The notes beneath the pieces were generated by a model. That model saw nothing but the letters and a program-made list of their open reading frames with translations, did not search any database and was not told the origin of the DNA. Below, in pieces: positions 27,790-42,104 of a DNA stretch of 64,000 nucleotides. Made by a program: the position numbers and the translations under genes. Every line of letters starts with the position of its first letter. Position 1 is the first letter of the stretch. Source of the DNA: Eledone cirrhosa (taxonomy: Eukaryota); NCBI GenBank assembly GCA_964016885.1, contig OZ024740.1, positions 350,796,001-350,860,000 of the forward strand, in the 5' to 3' direction.

Positions 27790-29200
27790 GTATGGGCACC
27801 CATGGTCGCTAACATTTTCAGGCGCACTCTGGGGAAAACAAATTCACTCCTCTCCAACAAAGAGTGAAAAATAAAATACGACGATAAAATACAGAAAATA
27901 AAATAACGATGTTTGACGATAGTACAACCAGAACTCTTCAACATAAGCTGATCACCCTCAAACAAAATTGAGAGCTGTCAGTGAGAAACGCCGATACCTG
28001 AAGAAGGTAGACGAAAGAAAAGTGCTTAATAAAAGATTCAGACGAAACCAAACATCAGTTTATAGAAATATGAAGGACAAAGTAATAAATGTCACTGAAG
28101 CCCCATCCCAGAAAGACATAGATTCCTTCTGGAGAAAAATATGGTGTGAACAGAAGAGTTTCAACCAAGATGCAGTGTGGCTAGAAGAAATCCAAAAGAA
28201 CTGTTGCTCCTACACTACAACAAAAACATACGAAATAAATGAGGATACCGTTGAGACTATGATAGGAAATCTTCAAGATAAGAAAACACCAGGAAGAGAC
28301 ATGATCGTCGGCTACTGGTACAAAAAAAATAATATTCTATCGGGGTATCTTATCGACCTCTATTAACTAGTTCTCAAGGGAGATACACATATACCGGAAT
28401 GGTTGACATTAGCACAAACAATACTGTTCCCCAAGAACAAAGACACCAACTTGGCAAAAAACAACCGACCCATTGCATGCCAGACCCTGATGTATAAGAT
28501 GTATGCAGCCTGCCTGAACCTATTCCTCCAAGATCACGGTGAAAATAATATCATCACAAATGAACCAGCAGCTGGAAAGAAAGGTGTTTGGGGGTATGCA
28601 GAACAACTCCTAAACAAAAGCTGCGATGTCGGCGGTGCGACAACTCAGGAGGAATATGGCTAGAGTCTGGCTGGACTACAGGAAAACATTTGATTCTGTT
28701 CCCCACTATTGGATGATAGAGGCCCTCTTACTTGCTAAAGTCTCAGACATTATTTTCAGAGCCATAGAGAAGCTGTCTTCTTCTTGGGCTACTATCCTAA
28801 GGTTAAAGACTGAGAAAGAGGACTCTATTTTCACTGATAAAATAGAATATCACAGGGGTATATTTCAAGGAGACAGTCTCTCTGTGATACTATTTATCCT
28901 GTCATTAAACTCCTTGTCCTTTCTGCTCAAGAAATGTGAAGGATACATCATTGGCTCACAGGAGGACAGAAATACAAACTTAAACCATAATTTCTTTGTG
29001 GATGATCTGAAACTCTATGCCAAGAACATAGATGGGATGAAGAAGAATCTTGACCTGGTTACGACATTCTCAAAGAATATAGGAATGGAGTTTGGCCAAG
29101 ATAAATGTTCATATATGACTGTAAAGCGGGGAAAACTACAACCCAGTCTAGCAACATTTTTATCAATGTTTCGCCGTTATCTGACGAGGACTGCTACAGA
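27790..29200 (+). pseudogene. R4/Dong-clade non-LTR retrotransposon RT, disrupted and truncated
   Basis: KTPGRD, LFPKNKD..NRPIAC, WLDYRKTFDSVPH, GIFQGDSLS, FVDDLKLY, IGMEFGQDKC across three frames. Confidence 0.88.
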
Positions 29201-29496
29201 TACCTATGCACATCTACACATATAACTCAAAACTTCATCCATAAAATACCATCCCTACCTACCTACACACGCACACATAAATACGCACACACACACACAC
29301 ACACATACAGACATATAGATGCTTTTACCTAGTTGAGGTTGTCTAAACTTATTTCTCTCGTTATTAGGGAAAATTCATAGAATATAATACCTGAAGAATA
29401 TATATATACACACACTCTCACGCACACGCCCACGCACAAACACACAAACAAACTGGCACAAACACAGAGACACACACACGCTTACATATATCCACT

Positions 29497-29574
<78 letters not shown>

Positions 29575-29721
29575 GTAATTCATACGAGACATTGTGAGAT
29601 ATGTAATAAAAGACCGATAAATATTTTTATAAGCCGATACAATGTGGTAGAAAAACATGATGGGCAAATGATGACAATTGAAACAAAACAAAACAAAGTA
29701 ATGTTTTACCAGTTTATATTA

Positions 29722-29758
29722 GTATAATATTTCAGGGCAATAACCCTTCTTCAGATGC
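29722..29758 (-). ncRNA. Minimal hammerhead, E-like
   Basis: Reverse complement gcat CTGAAGA agggt tatt gccct GAAA ta TT atac (one stem I mismatch). Confidence 0.65.
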
Positions 29759-30039
29759 GAAGCTGAGACAGTCTAAGACAAACAAACGAGTGATCGGAGT
29801 TTTCGAAGTTTTCTTTCCTAACAACAAGTTTTTTAAAAAATTATCGGTGTTCTACTATCATCTCCTTATAATATATAACCAGCAATTTCTCTGACTGTCT
29901 GTCCGACAGTGGAAACACGTGCGCGCGTGCGAATGTTTTTTGCGCACGCGTAGAGAGAGAGTGAGAGTGAAAGAAAAAGACAGACTACAAGAGGGGGAAA
30001 GCGGGAGGGAGAGAGGGAGGAATTGAGGAGCGCTACAGA

Positions 30040-30142
30040 AACATATATACATTTCTGTGTGTGTGTAATATATATATATATATACACACACAGAAATATA
30101 TATATATATACACACAGAAATATATATACATTTCTGTGTGTG

Positions 30143-30189
<47 letters not shown>

Positions 30190-31013
30190 GAAATGTATAT
30201 ATATTTCTGTGTGTATATATATATATATTACACACACAGAAATATATATATATTTCTGTGTGTATATATATATATATATATTACACACACAGAAATGTAT
30301 ATATATATACACACAGAAATAAATATACATCCCTTAGCTACTGTACTGTATCTGTTGCTATCTCTCTCTCTCTCTTTCCAGCTATCCCTCTCTTTTAGTC
30401 TGTCTGTTTCTCTCACTCTCACTCTTTCTCTTTGTAACACACTAACATTCCTCCCCTCTATCGCTGTGACGAATGGGGAGATGGAGGAGGAGGAGGAGGA
30501 GGAGGAGAGAGTCACTTCGTCACTTCACCTCTGCCTTTCTTTCTCTCCCCTCTCACTCCCTCATTACGTACAGGCATTAGGGCGGTGGATTGGCGGAATC
30601 TGTAGAGAGTCGGACACGATGCTTCATAGCATGGAGTTACGTCCCTTTACGGTCTGAGTTCAAATACCGCCGAGGTTAACTTTGCCTTTCATCCTCACGG
30701 GGTCGATAAAATAAAGTACCAGTAATGTACTGGGTAATTGCTGGCCTTGTGCCAAAAGTAGAAACAATTATTAGAAACATTGCTTCATTTTTACATATCT
30801 AAGCATTAGTAAAATAACTAATAATTTCAAAAGTAATTTTTCAATTCCAATTGTTATGAACAGCAAAACATTAATAATAATTTTGTTCTAAGAAATATAT
30901 ATACATTTCTGTATGTGTAATATATATATATATATACACACACAGAAATATATATACATTTCTGTGTGTGTAATATATATACACACAGAAATATATATAC
31001 ATTTCTGTGTGTG

Positions 31014-31072
<59 letters not shown>

Positions 31073-31080
31073 GAAATATA
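30040..31080. repeat. Palindromic minisatellite (cacacagaaat-atatatac-atttctgtgtg) in two blocks, 30040-30320 and 30890-31080
   Basis: Directly visible. Confidence 0.8.
30580..30773 (+). mobile_element. tRNA-derived SINE, full-length
   Basis: gggcggtggattggc..gagttcaaat..ataaagtaccagt..gtagaaacaattatt. Confidence 0.88.
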
Positions 31081-31621
31081 TGGGCATTTCTCTGTTTGTT
31101 TGTCTGTCTGTCTGTCCTTCCCTAAAACTCAAATGTAGGTGCTACAGAAATATTACCGTCCCCTTCCTTTCTCCACTTTGGTACTACCAAGAGAAACACT
31201 GTCGCTATAGAAACATTACCTTCCTCTCTCAACTGACTTTGGTCACTGAGGCCAAGGGAATCGCTGGTTGCTATAGAGACACCTTGCACAAGCCAGAGGT
31301 AACCAGTTCGAGGCGGTTCTGACTTGACACCATGCCAAGGACCATTTGCAGATATATTTCCATCGTTATATCATAACGTTTATGTATCATAACGTTTATA
31401 TTTCCGTCACTAATCTCTTTTTCTCCTTTTTCATTTTAACATATATTTATTTCAAAGATTTCACCGTATAGATAACATATATATTTATACATGCATAAAA
31501 GACACACCGAGAGACGGTGAACATGTGGTGCCGAAAACATTTCTCATCCAAATCTCAACAATATCAGTATATACACTAGATTTTCTAGCAGAAAACTGCC
31601 CACCAGGTCGTTTTCTGCTAG

Positions 31622-32581
31622 TCTATATATATAAAACAGAAGATGTCTGTCTGTCTGTGTAACCGCATGCATTCCTACATTTTACAACTGATGTGCACCA
31701 AATTTCATACATAGGTTTCTGAAGTCGCGTCGTAGGCTATTTTATTCTTCTGTACATCGATTGTGGGACCCCCAGGGACAGATAACACCCTTAAGCCTCT
31801 CATTTGGAGTCAGCAGTACTACTGCATAAAGGCCTCATAATTCCTAGTTTGCCCCCCATCTTCACTAAAATTAATCTTTTGTTTGCTTATGGCCTACAAA
31901 TAGTAGTAAGCCCCTTCGACTTATCTATTGAAGTTCACATTAACACTGTATTAGTACCTGATAACTTTTGAACTTTATGTTCAATTTTAACTTTACCGGA
32001 CACATTGGTTACCCATTGCCTAAAGATGATGTTGAAGACACCGTCTATACCCGGAATAAGCAGGGACGCCACTGCAACAGCCACTGCTCGCACTCAAGAG
32101 GATGAAGGATGATGCACCGTTCGACGAAGCAGGCACGCCACTGCAACAACAGCTACTCACGCTCAAGAGGATGAAGGACCACAACGTTTTTTGTGGCCAC
32201 CGACTGTTACATGCTTTTCTAGGTTAGAATCTCAAATAACAAGCAAAGCAAATACGACACACCAAAGGGGTGCGAAGGACTTCTTAAGGGCCACCACTTC
32301 TAATCGGAGTCGTCTTTGCTGACAGCTCTGCCGCTGGGACTTTTAAGAGTGAACGATCCAAGGCTCTCTTTAGGGCCACCAGCTTTAAATTGTTACCATC
32401 GGATTCATCTTTGCTGGCAGCAACGCCGCTGAGATATTTCAAAGTGAATGTTCAAAAGCCCTCTTTAGGGCCAACACCTATAAATTGTTACTTCTATAGT
32501 CGTGTTTAACGGAAGTCTTTCGATTCATTTGAACGATTACTCCATTGAGTTATACCGGGCAACGCCGGGTACCTCTGCTAG
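31622..32581 (+). mobile_element. Non-autonomous Helitron-like element in a head-to-tail array
   Basis: 5' TCTATATATATAAAA..gtctgtctg; 3' hairpin ccgggcaacgccgg plus CTAG; an identical junction starts another copy at 32582. Confidence 0.75.
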
Positions 32582-33254
32582 TCTATATATATAAAACTGA
32601 GGATGTCTGTCTGTCTGTGTGTGTGAGTTTGAATCACTAAAACTAGAGAAGCACCCAACCGACTGTTTTCAAACTTTACACATGTAATACTTACGTTTCA
32701 GGGAGTGTTCTGAGCAAAGAGAATTTCAAATTTTCAATGCCCTAGAGACTGCATTAGGCGATTTAGCGATCTCTCTCTATAATTCTTAGTCTTTCTCTTT
32801 TTAGATAGATACATACATATAACGTCGCGCCCTTATACTATCTGTCTGTATGTCTGGCTGTCTGCTGCCTCCGGTTATTCAGCCACCCTTGTTCAAGACA
32901 AATCTCACACTCATACCCCAAACAGTTGGTAAGTGCACACAACTTCTTCCTCACGTTTTAAGCCACAGTGTTGCTTACTTACGTACCTCCAGACCCTTAC
33001 TTCTTTGCCAGCCTTGGTTGTGGCAATACTAAGCTTAGCTAAGGCGGTTATATATTTCACAATACCCTATCTCGTGCAACGTATATATAGTATATATATA
33101 AACTTCGGAAAATAAACAAAGAGAGGTCATGACAACGAACGAAAACAAGATAAAACGAAAAACATTTTTTTTAAGGAGAAAATCTTTAAAAAGTATTAGG
33201 AAAAAGATAAAAATACAAACGAAGACGTAGAACTCCAGGATCATCGGCCGTTGA

Positions 33255-33305
33255 GATGAATTGCGGCAATTTCGACCCCTATCAACAGTACTGGATCACA
33301 GCATC
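33255..33305 (-). ncRNA. Degenerate hammerhead, family M
   Basis: Reverse complement gatg CTG-TGA tcc..ggg tc GAAA ttgc c gcaa TT catc; one core base missing. Confidence 0.5.
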
Positions 33306-33906
33306 TGACACAGGACAAAGCACTATCCAGTGGAGTAAGGGACAAGAGAAAACCTTAATTTGTAGCAATTAAGCTATAACAAGTACACATAGAATTATAT
33401 GTGACGTCAGGGAAAACGTGAGATGATTTTTATAGCACGAATGTCTCATGTATAATAACGGATTGGACCTCCCTACACTCACTCCATGCTTTTACTAACA
33501 GAACGATACAGGAAACATGATACGATTCTATCTAGCTACGTCTGAAACCGAAAAACGAAACAGAGGTCATCTCATACAGCCGAAGATGCCATATATTATT
33601 AGCTAAATCAATTCTGTTAGTAAGAAATAACAAACCTCATAACCTTTGTAATTCTGAAGCATACAGATATTTCTAGTTAAGACATGTATACTTAATAAAC
33701 CCCTGAAGTATGTTGGGATGCAGATAAACCTTTAAATCATGGTAGAAACAATTATTTGTCATATTTTAAGAGAGAGACCGAATCTATCTGGTGCTGAGGT
33801 GAACCGCACTCCGACGAAATGTTTACACGTGGTGTATAAGACAATGTTTACAAGTGATATATCAGACAATATATCCCCCTCTCACTTTCTCTCTCTTTCT
33901 CTCACT

Positions 33907-34005
<99 letters not shown>

Positions 34006-34380
34006 GAGAGGAGAGAGAGAGATGAGTGTGTCTCTGCGTGTGTAAAATAAAAAGAAATAGCAATGCAAGCGACACAGTACAATGAAGAAATATAAATATA
34101 CAATATATGTGTCACTTAGAAAATTATTATTTTATCCATCATTAAAACCGCATAGAATTTCTTACGTTCTATTCAATTATGGTATTTCGTAGATACGATT
34201 GACATCTGTCACTCCAATGAAATTCTTACGTTAACTAAAAATTGGGGGTTTCTAAATATTGGCAATAGTAAACATAGACAGTATTATAAATGGTATTTTA
34301 CAGGGAAGATGATGGCACAAGCGAATTCAAAGATATGGTCTGCAGTGACGTGAGAGTCTTAATAGTAATAGAATCAGCAG

Positions 34381-34442
<62 letters not shown>

Positions 34443-34678
34443 TTTTCATTGCGTAGTCAGAAGAGGACGGACATCATCCTTCCTCCTCTGAGTAAAGGAA
34501 GAAAAAGGTGTTTTCTGGGATCTACTATTGTTGTTATTGTCCTCGTTGTTGTCGGCCGTCCATTCCCTCTTTTGTGTTTCTAATTATTCTGAATAGAAAC
34601 CCATTAAGTGACTCTTATTTCCACATGTGTACCAACAAGGTTTTCTCTGAGGTAATATTATGTTCTACAGGGACTGTC

Positions 34679-34729
<51 letters not shown>

Positions 34730-36388
34730 TTTGTTAGAAATTCCCGTCTGAGGAAGGCACCATCCGAGATGGGCTGGTTGTTGCAGCAGGTGTCGCTGGC
34801 AATTGTCCGCGGGAATGATTTTGCGGTCTTGTCAGCCCTTTGACCGCCGTGTCCTAGGCACAGAGCCCAATCAACCTTCCCCTTCACCTCGCCATTCTTC
34901 TGTGACACTAGAGTCCTTGCCATTCCCATTTTTGTTTTGTTTTTCTTTTTCTCTTTTTTCTTTATATTTTCCTATTTTACATTCTATTCTTCTCAATCTA
35001 AATTTTCTTTCTTTCTTTTTCTATTAAACTGTATTTACATGATATATTCCATAAATAAAATGATATTCTTATATTAACTCGGTCTGAATGAAAAGATTCT
35101 GCCCATAGACTTTACACTGTAAAGTTTACAGGATCTCCGAGATCGGATAGATTGATGTGTTAACATTTCACTTAAAATGCTGCAAGTCGGCGACTGCAGA
35201 AATGATATATGCAGGTATGGAATTCCAGAGGGTTAAGAACGAGTGAATTAATTGTGCCTGACCGGAGATGGTAATGTGTCCTGTAAGCTCTGATTAGTTG
35301 ACACCATTGTAAGAATGAGTAGATATGAAACAAATTTATGAGGAAGAAGTTGAAGGTGGCTTTTACCCTGTATGTCGACGTTGTCTGTAGTACGAACACT
35401 GTTCCAGATGTGTGAGCAATGTTCCATCGTATTTCTTACTTAAGATTTGTAAAGGATTAGTAGTTGTTTAAAACTAAATTATTTTCCACTATTTTTTGTT
35501 TGTTAATGTACGACAACCAAACGTTATTCTCCATGTTTGCTTCCTAGAAATGTACGATAATAATTAGAGATTATTCGTGTTTGTGAACCTAGCATTTCGA
35601 GTGATTGAAAAGGCTTCAGTTGCTTACTGTTAATGTTTAATTCTTTAGCATTTAAACAGGCCATATCGGGCCAGAATGCTCTCACCTCTTTCTGTCCAAA
35701 CCGGCTGTAACCGGTCCTTCATATCAACATAAAGGTATTGTTCTCAAAATAAATATCAAAATCTCATATATTCGATATTATGTGAGATAATTATGTAACA
35801 TAAAGCCTTTACCCCCAAAATACAATAGTATATAAAGAGTAATGTAAATGCTAAAGGGTTAAGCAGGTGAGATGTGATGATAATTTCTTGATATAGGCAA
35901 ATATTATGTTTTTTGTTTTTTTTTGTTGTTGTTTTTGGTGGAGGTAAGTATAAACAATATTGGTATGACCCCGTAGGAGAATATTTTCGCCGTCTCTGTT
36001 TACAAAACCAGTGCAAATTTAAAATGAGATATATGTAAGTAGTATGTGGATGACACTTAGGTGCAGTAAAGTATAGAGAAAGGAAGAGCGGTATCATCTG
36101 CAAAGGAGTGGCCGATGGTGGAGATAATGACAAATAGGTCATTGATGTGTAGGAACAAAACCGAAAACCTAGAGTACACCAGAATTGATAGTGTGAGTCA
36201 GTAGAGGGTCCATTAGCATATGCCTTGATGTGCGATCTGACAGGAATCCATCGATCTAGAGGGCCAGTTTTCTCAGGAGATACGCATGTCAAGGCAAGAC
36301 CGAAAACTTTGCTGATGCCGAAAGTAATTAGTACCAACATTCGTAGTGGTAGTAGGGGCAAAACAAACAGCAACAGCAACAGCTATGA

Positions 36389-36448
<60 letters not shown>

Positions 36449-36713
36449 GAGGAGGAGGAGGAGGAGGAGGAGGAGGAGGAAGGGGAATATATTTGTAAGA
36501 ATAGTTTCATGTTTCAGTGCACATCATCATACATATATATCTAAAAAATCTAGCAGATATAGATAGCTACAACGTAGTCTCTTAATTCTCCTTCTCTCTC
36601 CTTTCTCTTTCTTCCTCTCACTAACACGTTCTTTATTTTGCTTCGTTAATTTTCTTTATCCTCTCATCTCTTAAATTTCCGATTCCAATTATTTTCTTTT
36701 CGTTAATATTCGG

Positions 36714-36815
<102 letters not shown>

Positions 36816-38024
36816 CAGACAGAAGCACATACATGCATGCATACATATACATACACACATACACACGCACTCACTTATATACATACATACACAATAACTA
36901 ATTATTACTTCACATTCACACTGAAAACACTAGAAGCTTTTGCTATATTAAACTGTCTGAGCTAGTTAGTCTTCTCCTCACTCGTATCCCTAATATACAC
37001 ACCGACTCTCTAGACACTCGCCATCTCTTTTCTCCACCTTAGACTTAAAGTTTACTCTGCTGTCAGACTCTGTTCCATTATCGAATGGTCGGTAAGATCA
37101 TTGCTTAATGAAGCCAGGCTACACCACAACATTTTCCCACACAGCAAATTCTGACCTCCCTCTCAACCTTCCCATATCTAAAGCTATATAAATGGTCAAT
37201 GCTCAGCCATATCTACTACTATCCTTGGCATCAAAATGCAGTTCCTAAGTTACTCATCTGAAATGGTAAAATGGGTGTTTGATACTCTCATCCTAATTAA
37301 TGAACTTCCATATACCACACAAACGAAATCCCAAATATCTAAAATTTAACTCGTTCACTGGTAACTCTATTGAATCTGTACAGGCAAAGTAAACTGCTTA
37401 CTACCCATCTGTACAATCAAAATAAACTGCTAACTACCTAAACATCATCACCAAATGGAGTTCTCCTACAATGGCCAAGAGGAACACAAAAAATTACGTT
37501 CACCGTGTGCAAATAAGTATCAACACATCTTGCTGATTTCTACCCAAGATAAGGATAAACCCTGACAGTAATTCCTCCATTCCTCTCACGCTGTGCGCCA
37601 CACGTTTTTATTTTTTTTATCTTTTTATTCTCTCTATTCGAGGATCTATGGCAACGTACAAACACTCCTGACCTATAGCTCGAGTAATCCACGGAATATC
37701 AACTTCTCTTATCCTGCTTACTAGTGACCTATCGCCCTCATATCTAGCATTTCAAACGTGAAACAGCTGTAAACAACTACCTCACAGTCACTCAACCTTC
37801 TTATGGACACCAAACATATACTGTGAAATTAGGTCTGCGATGATTTGTTTTCCTACTTCACATACAAATATTATCTCGCCCTTCAGATATTCAGCCAAAG
37901 CATGATTACCACCCTTGACATTCTAACAACTCTGACCAATTTCATGTTTCAGATATGTCGTCCACACTTATCTACATCCATATTACACACAATACCTTTA
38001 ACGATACATAAACATAAAGACACT

Positions 38025-38116
<92 letters not shown>

Positions 38117-38601
38117 GAGAGTCACACACCTATGCATATCATGTTCCTCATTCTTCTTTAATCGTTATACAAGCATCATTTACCACCTACATCATATACA
38201 CGTTCAAATATAGGCATCATTCATCACATAGTCAGACTCGCTTTGCTTACAGGAATAGTGATTGTGACAGAATCAACACACTATGCAGATCTGAAGGAAA
38301 TACTTTAGCAACAATAGTACATATGACATACGTATGAAGAACATGTGACAGAAACCCTCCAAAGTTAATATAAATGCTAGGTTCGGCAACCACATATAAT
38401 TTCCGATCAGTACTTTTATAATTCGTGTATCGCAGTACGAGATGATGTCAAGCCAACAAATAGAGAATGTGTGATTAAATGGCAACATGAAGTCTATCTA
38501 CTACTCTTACTAAAATATGTCGCTACGAAACTATTTGTATTAGTAATGTTGCTTAAAACACGCTCTTTCTTTTTTTCTTTCTCTAATTCTCATTCATTCT
38601 C

Positions 38602-38674
<73 letters not shown>

Positions 38675-38890
38675 TACTTAATATCCGTCTACCATGCAAA
38701 GATACGTATGCACACACCTTATATAAAAAAAATATTTTTAATTTTTTTCTTTTAGTCCAGAATTAGCCGTCGAAACGGCTTGAGCTCAGCCGTCCGGGTC
38801 CTACTCGTTCCTATTCCCCACTCTACTACCCTAAGTATTGAGTACTTTGGTGCGTTATGGTCCATCTGGTTCCTTACCACATTTCCTTTG

Positions 38891-39308
<418 letters not shown>

Positions 39309-39421
39309 TATGCATGTATGTATACGTACATATATGTATACAGACGTACAGTAGTACGTATATATATACATACATGCACAGTATATACTTTCAGACGTTC
39401 AACCATCTGGCAGGAAGGTAT

Positions 39422-39464
39422 ACGATGCTGACGATAGCTAATAAGCTTGAAACTAGTACATCGT
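39422..39464 (+). ncRNA. Type I hammerhead, diverged family A copy
   Basis: acgatg CTGACGA tagct aata agctt GAAA ctag TA catcgt; perfect 6-bp stem I. Confidence 0.88.
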
Positions 39465-39749
39465 TCCTGTGTCAGTGTTGAACAAAAAGATGACGTGGTT
39501 GCCTAAATACTGTACGGCGTATTTCGGGCTGTTTGTTTGTTTACAAGCATTATAATAAATGTTCGGTAAACCTATACGTGCATATATATATGTGTGCATG
39601 TATGTATATATATACATACTACTGTACGTCTGTATACATATATGTATGTACGTATACATACATGCATACTTGCATTTAAGTAAGTGCCGTACTAAGAGTG
39701 AGAAATGAAATTTCGTTTCATTCTATTCCATTTTTATATATATACATAT

Positions 39750-39965
39750 AGTAATAATAATAAATTTGAAGACTAAAATCCAAAGAGGGCTCGATAAGGA
39801 TAAATATATATCAAATATATAAGAACCGTAGAGCAAATATTTATTAAAATAACATATTAAAGTTTAAGCAAAGAATCGTTGCTTTCACCCTTAACGGGAT
39901 CTTCAGAAGATCCCGTTAAGGGTGAAAGCAGCGATTCTTTGCTTAAACTTTAATCTGTTATTTTA

Positions 39966-39975
<10 letters not shown>
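39750..39975. mobile_element. Fold-back mini-element, family G
   Basis: Minus arm reads CTGAAGA tccc gttaa gggt GAAA gca..tgc TT aaac; palindrome centre at ~39905. Confidence 0.78.
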
Positions 39976-40002
<27 letters not shown>

Positions 40003-40009
<7 letters not shown>

Positions 40010-40354
40010 AAAAAGAGATGAAATCGAAAATGCAACTGGAGTCTTATTTAAAAAATATATATATATATATTTATTTGGTTCCTTTACCGGTTTCGCAGTT
40101 CTTCTGCTTTTCAAAAGGAGAGTTGAGATGGAGGGTCTGTGGTTTTTCTCAGAGAAAAACTACAGACCCTCCATCTGAACTCACCTTTTGAAAAGCAGAA
40201 GAACTGCGAAACCGGTAAAGGAACCAAATAAATATATATATATATTTTTTTTAAATAAGACTCCAGTTGCATTTTCGATTTCATCTCTTTTTCTTTATAC
40301 TTTCACTCGTGTAGGACACCTCGGTTATTTTTCATTTTGTAAAAAAAACCTCAC

Positions 40355-40360
<6 letters not shown>
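40003..40360. mobile_element. Fold-back mini-element, family H: ~295-bp palindrome plus a single-copy tail
   Basis: 40003-40150 is reverse-complementary to 40151-40299; HHR variant in both arms (40081-40118 minus, 40184-40221 plus). Confidence 0.82.
40184..40221 (+). ncRNA. Hammerhead variant with TTGAAAA core
   Basis: cctt TTGAAAA gcag aagaa ctgc GAAA ccgg TA aagg. Confidence 0.72.
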
Positions 40361-40423
<63 letters not shown>

Positions 40424-40559
40424 AAGGTTAAACAAGGTTCAATGAATAAATCAAAGAATGAATTTTACAATAGATTGGAAGCACTCAACAGTGATGGTTT
40501 TCCGGAGTTATTAATATTAATTCAAAATATTAACAAAATAGATATTCTTGTGATCAAGT

Positions 40560-40628
40560 ATATTTTATTATACATATTTCAGAGGTACTGAATTAACTTC
40601 AACAGTAGGTCCTCATCAGATAAAATAT
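40560..40628 (-). ncRNA. Type I hammerhead, family I
   Basis: Reverse complement atattttat CTGATGA gg..tactg..cagta cc tct GAAA tatgta TA ataaaatat. Confidence 0.78.
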
Positions 40629-40844
40629 GATGATGCATGACATACTCTGACATAGTAGATGGTTAAGATTCAGTCATTCAGTCTTTTGCTCCCCCTGGAA
40701 CATTGGGCTGCGAGCCACCCCACACAACGCCATTTTCTGAGTCTGCTTTTCAACTCCACCGTGATGCACGGTGCGCCATGGTGTCAGCATTTTCTTTTCC
40801 TTTTACCAATATATCATAACTCGTGTGTTACACCTCAATTCTTT

Positions 40845-40898
<54 letters not shown>

Positions 40899-41070
40899 AT
40901 TAGTATATTTACCAGCATATGCGTACATATGTACACTAATGCTAGCAAATACATAAGTTATGTCATAGTACCTAGGTGGTTCAATGCAGGAGGATGCAGA
41001 ACAATTATATGAAAGACGTAAAATAAGAAAATTTTAAAAATTAAAAATTAACTTACTTACTAAAATGTTC

Positions 41071-41152
41071 ACTCCAACTAATTAGTTTCTGTAATGGGAT
41101 AAAGATAGTTACGCAATGTAACCATCGAGAATTCATTACGTCATCAGGGAGT
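41071..41152 (-). ncRNA. Type I hammerhead, family B
   Basis: Reverse-complement homologue of 5696-5777 with an intact core. Confidence 0.86.
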
Positions 41153-41608
41153 CTATTCTCAGCTAAGTCCCCAGGCAATGCGCGGACACTAGGGACTCAT
41201 ATAAAAATAATAATTCGGTGGATGGAACAGCTAGCGGGGACTGAATTCCATAGCACTGAAAAAGTTCACTGTCTCTGGTCAAATGGCAGATTCTAAAGAA
41301 TCAATCACGTGACACTGAGGCTAGTCAGAAGGAGTGGGATGGTATAATGACAAAAGCCTCCTACCAATACAATGAATTAGTAGTGGATTTGGCAAGTTTG
41401 CTCAACAAATAAACAATTTGGAGATAAATATAGAGAATTGGTATATTTACCAGCATATGCGTACAGATATACACTAATGCTAGCAAATACATAAGTTATG
41501 TCATAGTACCTAGGTGGTTCAATGCAGGAGGATGCAGAACAATTATATGAAAGACGTAAAATAAGAAAATTTTAAAAATTAAAAATTAACTTACTTACTA
41601 AAATGTTC

Positions 41609-41690
41609 ACTCCAACTAATTAGTTTCTGTAATGGGATAAAGATAGTTACGCAATGTAACCATCGAGAATTCATTACGTCATCAGGGAGT
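41609..41690 (-). ncRNA. Type I hammerhead, family B
   Basis: Second copy, 538 bp from the first. Confidence 0.86.
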
Positions 41691-42043
41691 CTATTCTCAG
41701 CTAAGTCTCCAGGCAATGCGCGGACACTAGGGACTCATATAAAAATAATAATTCGGTGGATGGAACAGCTAGCGGGGAATGAATTCCATAGCACTGAAAA
41801 AGTTCACTGTCTCTGGTCAAATGGCAGATTCTAAAGAATCAATCACGTGACACTGAGGCTAGTCAGAAGGAGTGGGATGGTATAATGACAAAAGCCTACT
41901 ACCACTACAATGAATTAGTAGTGGATTTGGCAAGTTTGCTCAACAAATAAATAATTTGGAGATAAATTTTAGTAAGTTAATTTTAGTAAGTAAGTTAGTT
42001 AGTAAGTTAATTTTTAATTTTTAAAATTTTCTTATTTTACGTC

Positions 42044-42104
<61 letters not shown>

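Larger units (their letters stand above)
40897..42050 (-). mobile_element. Head-to-tail dimer of the 538-bp non-coding HHR unit (family B) with a short inverted tail
   Basis: 40897-41434 and 41435-41966 are near-identical; 41966-42050 is inverted and contains short reiterations. Confidence 0.88.
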
